Of a stretch of 64,000 bases of DNA, positions 1 to 11,900 are shown in pieces. Positions within the stretch are counted from its first letter, which is position 1; every line of letters begins with the position of its first letter. Position numbers and translations under genes: made by a program. The notes under the pieces are model-generated. The model did not search any database. It worked only from the letters and a program-made list of their open reading frames with translations, and was not told the DNA's origin. Source of the DNA: Nageia nagi (lineage: Eukaryota > Plantae > Pinophyta); NCBI GenBank assembly GCA_050084985.1, contig JBITNC010000001.1, positions 155,372,001-155,436,000 of the forward strand, written 5' to 3'.

Positions 1-800
1 CTCTTGGGTGTTGGACACCTGGCGCTGATCCCAAGGCACATCGACCTCACCACCACTTGGACGTTGCACTACTGGACCATTGGATGTGATCTCACCTATC
101 CTGAGGCAGCATGTCTTGGACAATGATAACGTGAGCACACGGATCACATCTCCTCACCATTGAATCATCTCAATGCAAGATTAGAAGAGAGATTACATCG
201 CCTATAATAGGAGGACTCCTGGACATTCCAAAGTATGTGATTATTGATTATAAACCCTTTTTATCAAATTGAGTGTGAGAACTCTATCTTCGTCACTTGT
301 AGGGAAACCTCCATTTGAGGTCTTGAGGTCATAGGAGGCTAGCCTCAAGCTTACTCCAGCCATCTTGAGAGGAACACTGTTGGTTCCATCACAGAAGATG
401 TGGGGAAGTCCTGAACTTTACCTTGTCATTGTTGCGATTGGTGAAGCCCTGGAGCTATCCAACATAACCCTATTGGAGGAAGTCTTGATACAAGCTCCTT
501 AGGTCAAAATATATTTATGTAATTGTGCTTTAGCATTTTTCTTATCAATACAATTACATATTTCTGTCATTTTTGCTATAGCTGTCCTCTTATGCTAGAC
601 ATTGGATTTGGAAGCATAACTACATTGTTAAATTACTATTTTCCCTTCCTGGTTGCAACGTTGGATCTGGAGTGCTATTTTAGAAGTTAAATATTTATTT
701 GAGTTTCATTGTGCATGCATTGGGTTATTGGAAATATTTTTGCATGTTCGTAATTGTATTTGCTCAATTTGGCTAGACATTGGATATTTTGTGGTATTTT
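1..800 (+). mobile_element. LTR-like fragment related to the 41.3-43.2 kb element
   Basis: Shares GAAGCCCTGG and repeated GAC(A/G)TTGGATTTGGA motifs with the reverse complement of 41700-42040; boundaries approximate. Confidence 0.4.
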
Positions 801-979
801 GAGCATCTCTAGGAGAATTTAGAGAAAAAAGGCAAATGTCCCTCTCCTAGGGCACATTTGAGCATGATCTCTTGGTTTGGGATCATCACAAAATGTGCCA
901 TGAACTCAAGACTGGAAAATTGCAAATCTAGAAGCCTAGAATGCCTCCTCAACCTCAAGAACCCTCCAAGATGACTCTC

Positions 980-2040
980 ATTACACTTAGTCAATCTTAC
1001 CCCTGGTCCAAGACGTCTAGGACTAGGCACGCCAATTTGGGTGGGTGCCCAAGCATAAACCAAAAATGGTGCGATTAGGCTTGTGGCACGCCTCCAAATG
1101 CAGGAAATCCTTGAAGTAATGAAAATGACTTGAAAAAATGCAATCTAAAACAGGGCGCACGTTTTAGGGGATGTGCTTTTGCTCCTTTACTCCACACAAG
1201 GCTCCAAATTTAGCTATCCAAATTGATTAACTGAGGCTGACCTTCCTTTTATAGCCTTCTCACGGCTGGACAGGTGTGACTTTGTGATTGGTGCAGGTGA
1301 AGATCAAATGCATATGGTCAAACTTGTCAACATTTGGATCCAACACTTAGCTATTTTTTACTCCTTGAAGTTGGGCACACCGTTTAGGGGACATGCAAAC
1401 GCATGTCTGTCAAAACATGCGCCTGAGCCGTTTTGGAACTTGCTCGAAAAAAGGACTAAGTATTTGAACCTCATTTTGCCTAGGCACACTGTTCAGAGGA
1501 CATACAAAAGCATGTCCCACAAAACTTGCGCCTAGCTCTTTTCCTTACAAACTTGATGACTTCAAAATATTCTAAGTATGGGACATCCACTTCCTTGGTC
1601 GCACCATTTTGGGGACATGCAAAAGCATGTCCCTCAAAACATGCGACTAGGGGAAAAACATGTTTTTTCTTCGAAAACTTGACCAGAATGACTTCCGAAT
1701 GAAAATGCAATGAAGGGGGTGTGAATTCTGCAGCATGAGGGACCTGAAAATGCAACTTTTACGGCCAAAAATGCAAGTCTGAATATTGAAAATGCAGCAT
1801 GAAGGAGGGTGCACGTTTTAGGGGATGTGAAAAAGCATGTCCCTCAAAACATGCACCTAAGGTAAAATGCCAATTTCTTGACTGGATTTCATCATGAATG
1901 TGCAGATTTTGACATGTTTCCTCTAGCTGGACTAAGATGCATGCATTCCCTTAGACAAAATTTCTTCCATGCATTTATGTTCAATTTTACAAGGGTCCTC
2001 AAAATGCAAAATTTTTGAGGGGTGTTGTGCAGGCACAACA
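980..2040 (-). mobile_element. 5' portion of giant LTR, family B (copy B0)
   Basis: Starts on minus strand with TGTTGTGCCTGCACAACA; colinear with 24513-25530 and 45126-45748 plus 54338-54600; has GGGACATGC/GCATGTCCC palindromes. Confidence 0.8.
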
Positions 2041-3299
2041 ATAAAACCCTCAAGAGAAACTATTACTCCATTATAGAGATTAATAATGCATGTGGAAAAG
2101 CACAAAGGACCAAACCAAATGAGGAAAACAACAGGGATGACAACGGTGTGTACATACAGACCACCTATCTCCCCTATATTAGAGGTATAGTAGAAAATAT
2201 TGGCAAAATATCCATAAAAGATCACATCATATCCCTATTTCTACCTCTCAACAAACTGGAGAATAGTTTCAACTTTCAACTCAATGAAGGATCACACATG
2301 CCCTCTACAATGCAAATAGTTATACAACATCATGTGAATGAAGGACTTGTTATCGAGGAAAAACAAGGTGGTCCGTGCAAGCTAGAAGCAAGGAGCATTG
2401 TGATGACATACAATATAATAGAATAATCAACTCTGCCTTACCTGCACATGTGACCAAAACCAAATAGCACACACTAAGAGAAGGTCAAAATTTTGGCTGG
2501 AGAGTTGATTGAGCACAAACTAAATCTTAATAACATTAATATGGACAAAAGGCTATAAATTAGTAGCACTTCGCTTCTATCATAAATGAAATTCAAGAAT
2601 CCAAATGAAAAAATGATTACACACTCCATGAGTGGTATCAAAGTTTAAAAAATAAATAAAAAGGCCATTGTTTCTTGTGATTTGGATAATCAGTACATGT
2701 TTTCTTAAGCAAAGAACTCTATTTTCTTCATCCACAGATTCTGATGATGGGTTCCACAGATTGGACTCAAAACATTAACCTTAAAAATCCTGGTCCAAGT
2801 CAACCTAAAACATTTGAAGAAAAGACAATATTCTTTCTTTGTTGATCCCAATGTTGTCATTGTTTTTTAGTTTTTACCCTTATGTTAGATATCCTCCAAT
2901 ATATTAAAAAACATATCAATGATGATCTGTAAGCACTACCTAGGCCTAGTGTAAGACCCATATATCCTGTTAAAAAGAATAATGAAGTGTCTCAATAAAG
3001 CAAAAAACAATTATGCTTCTTCCATCAAACAATTATGCTTCTTGCAAGTGAAAGGGACAGAGGTAGGAACATGAGGTGGAGTAAAATAGAGCTTCCGATT
3101 AACTAACTTACAATCATAGTAACAACTAATGGGACATGAACCAAATCCATAAATCAGTTTAAGCTGGTGAAGCATATGTAAAAAGGAGCTTAGGGAAGTT
3201 TTCATAAAATATGAAACAGACATTCATATTTGGAAGTAATTATGGAAAAGGAAAGAGATCAATAATTAGATACAATAGGGGGCAGTTGGGAAGCATAAT

Positions 3300-3660
3300 T
3301 GTCAACATACTCAACATCAAAATGAATCAAGCGGTAGTGAGTTGAGGTAGGCCTAAAAGGGAAGGTGAGGATGATGAATGAGTACCGTCAAGTAGCATCA
3401 AAGACTGCATTGTCAGCGAGAGTAGTTTGATTAAGACACCTACATATTCAAACAGGGGAAATGTTCTGCTAGTTAAAAACCAGTAACCATACTCACTCCT
3501 CCCCCATGAAAGAAGTGAATTGAAAACTCAAGAGGTCAAATTCATTAAATTCCACTCATAATCAAAAGATTACGGAACTCACACCATTCCAAAAGATGTA
3601 ACTTTAAAGTCCAATAAAGTTCTTCCCATCCACTTAGAATCTACATAACCCAACATCTTC
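3300..3660 (-). pseudogene. Very decayed Ty1/copia RNase H-like fragment
   Basis: MLGYVDSKWMGRTLLDFKVTS resembles GY.DSDWAG...DRKSTS; little else recognisable. Confidence 0.3.
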
Positions 3661-4227
3661 GAGATCCATCTCATAGAAGCAAAGCTCATCCTCAAGGTGA
3701 TAAAGAAAAGAGCCCTGGTGGATCCTAGTTTGTGAACCGAAAACACCTAAAAGGATGATGTCACCTAAAAAGGAAGTATGTCGAGATCTCAAAGAAAATA
3801 ACAAAAAAAAATTGTAGCAGGTTGACCAGGAAGTAAATTTGAAAAAATCACTTCCCTAGACAAGCAATACCTGATGAGGTTAGTAATGTTGCTTCCAAAT
3901 GCTGTCATAATAACATAAGTAGCAACCTCAGATGAAGAAGTTGCCATCATTCCTAGACAACTGTATCATGCCATTTAAATAATCTTAAGAAACTGAAATG
4001 AATTTTGTTGACATATATTCAATATTACGGAGATCAATTAACCAGGAAACATGGAAAAATCATCAATAAATACTTCATCAAATGCAAATATTATAAAGCA
4101 AATGAGTAGACATCCAAAATGAAGTTTGAACATTTAATCTGTGAATTATTCATGGAAATATTAGTGACACGAAAAACTTCAGTTTCACAATAAATAATAG
4201 GATTTCCATGCCTTGACAGTGCTGTAC

Positions 4228-4434
4228 CATGTTGACTATGTGTCCCACAGATGGGCAATCTTCAATTAATCTTAAATCTTGATTATCTGAGTTGACTGAT
4301 AGTGCATCAATAGCAGCTCTCTTTGCAGTCTGCAGATCATGTTGCAGGTTCGTGAAGTCAATTCCAGTTGCTTCCTTGACAAGATCATGCATAGTTGCTC
4401 TTCTCCAAGGCCTTTCAAGAGATATTTCTGTTCC
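4228..4434 (-). CDS. OVA5: LysRS exon GTEISLERPWRRATMHDLVKEATGIDF...CPSVGHIVNM
   Basis: Continues ...DYQ|GTEI; PWRR.TM..LVKEATGIDF typical of plant organellar LysRS; acgcag and gtacag splice sites; 207 bp. Confidence 0.93.
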
Positions 4435-4764
4435 CTGCGTACAAGAGTAATGCATTACCATGATAATAAGAAATTCTAGAAATTGGCAAGCAAAGTTTTT
4501 GTAATACATGTGAGAGATAGTATTCTGTATGGAGTTCTTTAATCATTTTTATAAGACTTTACAGTTTACCCATATATTTGGTGTTGGATTCAAGAGAGCA
4601 GAGAACAGCAGACAGAGTAACACCCAAAAACAATATTATGCAGAATTGGTCTGCACACAAACAGATGTGAATTGCTCACATTTGATGATAATACATGAAG
4701 ATAGAGCTTTATGCTAGCTTAATCAGTATCACCTAACAGGCTTGATCAGCACTTCAACTATCTC

Positions 4765-5371
4765 TGTTGGTTGGGTGCATTCAATACAGGCTTGACCTTG
4801 GATTTGTGCACATGTGAACAGTAATAGACAGCTATTATGAAGTAAATATTATAATGTATTATGGGGCATATAGCTTGTCTCTATGTCATTCGGTTAGACC
4901 TGTGTATTCATGCCCTCACTTTATTTATCCCCATTCCATTGAGTCTTCCACCAAGACCCTACAGCTTCCTACTCTCGTCTGGTAGCAACTTGAGCACATA
5001 TTGCTATTTGCTGCCTGGCTTGATTAGTGAATACACTTTTCTTAATGAATCCGAAGATGACCTGCTGAGACACTGCATCATTGGTGATATCTTCATAAGT
5101 TCATTATTCATATTCCTATGCATTTATACCTGCATTTGTGATCTTTCTTCGCTTTCGTTCACATTTGCAGTCTTTCCTCTTTGTGGAAAACGAACTCTAA
5201 CGGTGTATTTCCCTTGTATACCGTTAACAGCATGCATCTCTGACTACTGTGCCCTAGACCATATTCCATGTGAGCGCTTGGGGTAACCAGTCCTTTCAAG
5301 CGGAAACAAGTAACGTTGTTTCCTCCAAGTCTTGTGCATGTTTCGGGTGAGGCAAGAAAAGCATACCAACA
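4765..5371 (+). mobile_element. Short 607-bp 5' LTR of a Tat-like Ty3/gypsy element
   Basis: TGTTGG...CCAACA termini; followed by PBS and gag. Confidence 0.75.
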
Positions 5372-5382
5372 TAAGACCGTTC

Positions 5383-5399
5383 TAGCGCTAAAAGGAGGG
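5383..5399 (+). promoter_or_regulatory. Primer-binding site complementary to the tRNA-Asn 3' end
   Basis: TAGCGCTAAAAGGAGGG vs TGGCGCTAGAAGGAGGG (reverse complement of plant tRNA-Asn ...CCCTCCTTCTAGCGCCA as recalled); two G>A changes. Confidence 0.7.
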
Positions 5400-5805
5400 C
5401 CTCTGTTGGATTCCTTTCCCTTTCCCTTTTTATTATTTACTTTTTGACCTTTTTTTATTTAATTTTCTTTGTTTTTCCTTTTTTTTTCAAACTGGAACCA
5501 TTCCCATCAAGTTCTAACTTATTTAGTTCAAGCCTATTCGACTCCACTTTTCAGGTCTATGCCCGTTCCAAGAGAGCTGGTAAAACTGTTGCTTTAGCTG
5601 CTCAGAGCTCACACTCGACAAACAACACGGGCTTGGCCAGTTTAGCCTTTGGGAGTACGATACTACCTCAGTCGAAGGGTCTGATTCTTCAACTCTCAAA
5701 CCATTGCCCCATACAGTATCCCAAGCAAATACTACTTTCTAGGTCGTCCCTAGTATACCTATTGTTCTTGGTCCTTTGCCTATTGTCTAGATCCCTGTCC
5801 AAACC

Positions 5806-7471
5806 ATGGCTCAGCTTGTACCGGCAATGCCTTGGCGACAAGGGACACCTATCAACGTTCCACGCACACAACACGACATGCCAAAGAATGCTTCTCAGAA
5901 TATTACTAAGTTCAAGGCAGATGGCGCGAGAACAATTGAAGAGCACATTAACATGTATAAAGAGGCCATGGCCCGACTGAATGTTACTCATGAAGATGTG
6001 GCTTGCAAACTCTTTTCACTCTCATTAGACGATCAAGCCCTCGACTGGTACGTCAAAATACCTCATGGTTCTATCACTTCATGGGGCCAGCTACAAGCAG
6101 TTTTTACAGTCAGTTCAGGATGCTTGTAGACACATATGTGTTGTACCATCAATTTTATTCTATGAAGCAACAACCTAGAGAGCTCATCCATGTGTTCAAT
6201 GCCCAATTCCAGATGGCCTATTCCAAACTGATACCCCCAAGTAATGTTAATCAAGACGTAGCTTTGCAAGTCTATTTCGGGGCTTTGAATCCTTTGATCT
6301 CTGCCTTCGCCCACAGGGAAGGCAATATCACTATCTTAGTAGAGGCTTATGCAAAAGCCATGAAAGTTGAACAACAGTTCTCACCTTAGCTAACTGCTGT
6401 AAATCCACTTGGCAACACCCTACTTGCACTGCAATATCCAAATTCCCTCGATTATGCTGTCAATCTACCAAGTGTGAATGGTTTCACATTGCCAAGTCTT
6501 CCCATGACTTCAAACACCATTCACCCGAACCCCATGTTATCCTATTACCCGACATTACAAATTGTTGTCGCCAATACTACTAATGCCTTGGCCATTCCTC
6601 CCATCATCTCTACAATGCCTTCTTTATCTCCCGCTGCTAGTTCTAATCCCCGGCCATCATTCTTGCTTGATGCAACTCCCGAAGCCTGAACAGCTTCTAA
6701 TACTCCCATCAGTGACCCTAACAAGAATGAAGCAATGGTGAATTTGGAAAGATTGGTGCAACGAGTGAGCAATGATGTCACGCAAATTAAGAGGAACCAA
6801 GACAATAAAGGTCAGTATGCTCAAAATGATAGGCCTAGAGATTATAACTTTCAAAGGTCCAATAGATATCTAAACACTGCTGCAAATAACGACAGGGTGC
6901 CTAATCCGATTGTCAACAATAGCAACAACGCCAATCAATTCCACAATGTTAACATCCCCATTGTGCTGATTCCCAACTGGTGCAGAATACATTCTACGAC
7001 GGCACACAATGAGACAAATTGTCCCAAGTTCAAGACGACCTTAAACATGTTTCATTAAGAAATTCAAAATATGGAGATTGTTCTTGTAGAAGCTCCTTCT
7101 CATCAGCCTGATCAAGTGATGCTTACCGAGATGGCTGATGTGGAAGTTGATGCAAAGATGTGTAGCTTAGATGATGAAGTATATACTAAGCAACAACTCT
7201 TCACTGAAGAGGAAGCTCCTCTTGTAAAACCCACAAAAGAAGTATATGTTGCTCAACCGACGCCAGCTCAACCTGCCTACAACTTTCGGAGAAGGGAAAA
7301 ATCTCCCATGACCACATCTACTCCTCTGAACAATTTGTTCACTCCTCCGGATTCAACTTCCTCAGTGAATCTTCCTCCCCCTATTCATCCGGCACCGCAA
7401 ATCAAAAATATCTATGTTCATCGAGGGGAGGCATCTTCTTCTTCCGCCGCTCCATCAACGTGTGTACCTAT
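5806..7471 (+). pseudogene. gag: Retrotransposon gag, frameshifted with stops
   Basis: EEH...HEDVACKLFSLSL...A.DWY...SITSW.QL retrotrans_gag motif; WCRIH...HN...CP Zn-knuckle-like motif near 6980; interrupted by giant LTR at 7472. Confidence 0.85.
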
Positions 7472-7708
7472 TGTTGTGACTAAAACCCAACATGCTACAA
7501 AATCTTGCGATTTTGGTGACCTAGATTCAAGAGTAAGCCCCTCAAGTTCAAGCCTCATTCTTCATCCAGAGTCAATCATACCAAGCTGAAAGTGTGAAAT
7601 TCTTCCAAAAATGGCTAAGTCTGGAAACAGGAAGTCGACCTTACGTGAGCTAGGAGAGTCCAAGATGAGTTGGGATAGGATCAAGCCAAACTAGGCGACT
7701 CCAAGGGT

Positions 7709-8658
7709 TGGCGCATGATTTCAAAAGACAAAATCTTGTCTTTTTGAAACATACAACTGGACCCGGGAGCCGTCCAGACTGAAGTTGAGGCTCGAAAAAG
7801 CAATTTGGATCACTTTCAAGCCCAGCGCATGCCTACAGGAGACAAAATCTTGACTTTTAGAAGCATGCACCAAATACATGGAGAAGACTAGACCGGGATG
7901 AAGCTTGAAAAGACAAGGTAGGGATACTTCAAGGCTGGTGCATGGTTTCAAAAGACAAAATCTGTCTTTTTGAATCGTGCGACCAGACTAGGAGGAGCAA
8001 TTGGGCGAGTTCAGGGATTAGGAAGTGAATCCTAGGCACCCAAGAGGCTGGCGCATGCCTCAATTTTGTCTTTTTGAACCATGCAACCAGCCCAAAAAGG
8101 CTTACAATTTGTTTGACCAAGCAACATGACTAAGGCATGAAGCTTGGAACCTCGGGACCAAGTTCAGCACACCTAGGAGGATTGGCACATGATTCCAGAA
8201 GACAAGTTTGTGACTTTTTGAGCCATGCGCAAGACCCAAGAAGCCTCCAGGATCGAGCAAAGGGAGAAAATATGGCAAAGGCACGGGAAAAAAGTATGAA
8301 AGAGCAAAAAATTGGCCATTTGGAGGCTGGCGCATGATTCAAAAGGAAAAAATCTTGTCTTTTTGAACCATGAGACCAAGCTGGACGGGCAGGAAAGGTT
8401 GGCGCATGCCTCAAAAAGTACTTTTGGAATCATGAACCAAACTTGAGGAGTGCCCAAGTTGAGATGAAAGATCAAATTCGACAAGTCCAGGCATCAGAAA
8501 GACCAACAATCAAGAAAGATCAAGTCACAAGGTGAGTTCACGATAGAGACAAACAAGCAAGTGAGCAAAAAGGGCCACCGTTTGAAGCATGCTCAACTCC
8601 AAGGCTAGCGCATGATCCAAAAAGACACAATCATGTCTTTTTTGGCCATGTGCCAAGC
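7709..8658. repeat. Array of 8 ~48-bp palindromes GGCGCATG-NN-TCAAAAAGACAA...TTGTCTTTTTGA-NN-CATGCGCC with variable spacers
   Basis: Units near 7710, 7823, 7935, 8048, 8182, 8327, 8399, 8606. Confidence 0.9.
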
Positions 8659-8810
8659 CAGAATGAGCTCTAAACCCCCAACGTCTGGTCACGGGATACT
8701 TGACATGAATTTTGGCGTAGGCACACATCTCGAGGTCAGCCAAACGGATGGCTAAGATCAAGTTTGCTCATTAACCTAGCTGACTAGGGTTAGATGCAAG
8801 CCAATTTGGC

Positions 8811-8818
8811 TATAAATA
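8811..8818 (+). promoter_or_regulatory. TATA box of the LTR-borne gene
   Basis: TATAAATA ~150 bp upstream of ATG 8964; equivalents near 32240(-), 48434 and 55121. Confidence 0.6.
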
Positions 8819-8963
8819 AAAACCTAGGGACTCCATTTCTCAAATTCAAATCACATTCCTCTTCCACTTTTGCGTGGAGGCAAGCCAATCCAACATTGGG
8901 TGGCTCCACCACTTGGAAACCCTCGCATCACCTTTGAGAGACTTTGTTGCAAGCCTAAACACC

Positions 8964-11900
8964 ATGACTACTTCCAAGGGCAATTCGGCTTTGGACATTG
9001 CTAGAGACCTTGAGCGGTTGAGATAGGATTGCATCATCACCATCTATGAGAGACAAGACTCCCTTCTCCAAGGGGCCAGATTTTCGAGGAACGATCTTGC
9101 AACCATTGGAGACACAGATTGGCAAGACGTTGACCCTATGCAAATGAGAGATAAAATATGGGAGTTACCCGTCAGTGACCTCAAACAAGATATTGTCTTC
9201 TTCTCTGGACTCTCCACATGTGCATGCATACCCTTCATGGCTCAATTTACTGAATTGTGCATGGAGGTTGATCATCACTAGCAAAAGGGGGGGAGAGTCC
9301 TCCATGACATCAAACGAGACATCATCATGGACTTCAGCCCCGATGCCATCAAAATAGTGTTCCAGTGGACTTTAGAGGGAAATTTCAAGTACAGCAAGGC
9401 ACAATCACTGGCATGCTATCAAGAGACCAACAGGCCCACCATTGCAATCAAGAACTGGATGTTGGATGAGCATCATGGACTTAAGGGGAATGCGCTCATA
9501 AATGCCCCTCATTCCAATTTCTACCCTTCAGTTGAGTTGATAATCTTGTTGTTGTCCAAAGTGCTCGAAAAGGATGATGCTTCAAAATTCAGGAAAGAGT
9601 TCTTTGGCTTCATCATCGAAATTGCTAGAGGAAAAAGGATTAAGGTGGAGCAAGGTGTTGAGTGACTGTCACGACCCACCTCAAGACGCTATTTAACCTC
9701 GAGGACCATCGAGGATTTGAATGAATTATATTTGAAATTTGAATAATGCTATGGTAATGACAAATTTGATAAGGGAATATGTATCATTTGTGACAATTTG
9801 ATGCTGGCTTCGAGATGTTTTGGCACAGGTCACAAGATGGGAAGAGCAATCCAACGACCCTAAGGACCAAAGGTGAATTGGTGACGGGAACGGAAGGGTA
9901 AGAAGGAGGAAATGATTGGTGTTGATTCGCTGACACACCCTATGACCATCGTAAATCATGTAGTTGCATATTGAATAATTGCTATGATTGTCAATTTCTT
10001 CATGAAAATATGTTTGAAAAAAATGTGTGGATTAATCTTACTCTGTAAGATGAGACGACCATCGCAGGTAAAGGTGTGTTTCTCTTGTTTTGTGTTTTTG
10101 AAATTCGAATATGGAATGGAGGGAAAAAAGAATATACCTTATTCAAATTTGAAAATTTATATAAGGTTAGAAAAATCAATTTAATGGGGTAAAAGTTGAA
10201 TATGAGTGCCCATATTATTGCCACATGGGGCAAATATAAAAACGCTATTAGAATAAGACTAAGGTCTCCTTGTGGTATTACAAGATATTTAATGAGTAGG
10301 AAAATAATGGAGTAATGACCCTACTTAGTTTTGTTTTCTTGTGTTAGGTATGGATAATAGTTGGCACTAATTTGTCAGTTAATATAAAGGCTCCAAGGTA
10401 TTTAATACCATTTCAATCATCAACTACTTTAAGCAAACCTACCCCAAAATTATCAAAGGTGTGAGGAGACATTCATTTGGACACACTTGGACCTCCTTGG
10501 CTATAAATAAAGGAGTGGAACATGAGGCAAAACACCTACCTATCTGTCTCTTATTATTGCGTTCTTGTTATTCTCAAGCTTGGGTGTAGAGTTACGTGAA
10601 GAAAAGAAGTCTCTCTTCCTTCTCCAAGTCAAGGTGCATTCTTTGCATTTCTAAAATGTCTAGTTAAAGTAGTCCTATTTGATGTTATTTATTAAAAGTT
10701 GTGTAATAGAATATTTGATTAAGTTCATGAAATTTAATTATTGATAGAAGTCTTGTTCTTTTGATAGGGACATACTAAATGCTTTAATTAATATACTACA
10801 TGTGGTAGTGGACACTTTATGTCTTGGAAAAGAAGAACAAATTAATAATTCTTTTTCAATCACATTGGATTTAAGTACAATGTCTACATTGCTTTAATGG
10901 CCGATTTGACTACTCCTTTTGCACCCTCTTTCTACGAATTTTCATAGAATGCATTTGCAAAAGCCTTGAGCTTTTCCTTAGTCTTCCGTCTATGTTTCTT
11001 AATAGTTTTCAGCATTCATGTCAAAGCTTCCATAATTACCTGTGCTGGAAAAAAATGTTGGCAAAGGTTTCATAGTTGGATTTAATGTTTATCATTGCGT
11101 ATCTATTTACAATAGTCTTTTTTTATTACACTTGTAGTCAGACCATGTCAATTACTCTTTGATGGACGTCCAAACCTTTCTTACCCACTTCCTCAATGTC
11201 ATACGCTCGTAAAGTGCTGGTAAAGGCTTCAAATCTTGATTGCGCACCTTTTATTATTAGAAACCAATCTAACTACTCCTTGATGGATCGCCATACCTTC
11301 ATTTAGAGCTCACATATGTCAATCAAATGATAGTAAAGATTTCAGAGTTAGTTTGAGCCTGATGTTGGGCATCTAACGCTATGAAATGAGCAGAGCATTC
11401 ACATTTCATATCCAACCTAATGCGTGAAGGGCCATATAAGGGTGGGAAATTGTTGCACGGTTTGATTCACGTCTAACTACTCCCAGGAGCTACTGCCCTC
11501 GCGTATTTTGCTTTCTGCTCCATCAAGTACCCAAGTTGCGCTCTGTCCAACAATCCGCGGTCACTTCTAGCCATTTATAGTCTTCCTATGAACATTTTAT
11601 TATCTAGGGAAGCCGTTGATCCATCCCTGAATCCATTGTGTACTGATCTTATTGTATTCCAAACACTATGATATCGATTCCTTTTTTGTTTCACGCAGTA
11701 AACCTTACCCATATGGCTCCCCTATGCAAACCAAATTCTGTAATGGCCGAGTCGCCATATCTTTGTTGAGAAGATTAGACAAAAGTTGTTGTAATTGGAT
11801 ACCATTCGGTGAATCCGTCTCAAACTTTACCATGGATGTTTTCTTCCTTATAGTGAGTAGATTGGAACCTGCAAAATAGATTTAAATGAGAAATTGAATA

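Noticed and set aside
4150-4509. 119-aa ORF as a stand-alone gene
   Set aside because: Only 4228-4434 is LysRS-like and splice-bounded; the rest is intron read-through
7709-8658. CRISPR-like array of palindromic repeats with spacers
   Set aside because: Eukaryotic intron with no cas genes; spacers vary from ~20 to 160 bp and are homologous in the same order in copy A2, so they are inherited and not acquired
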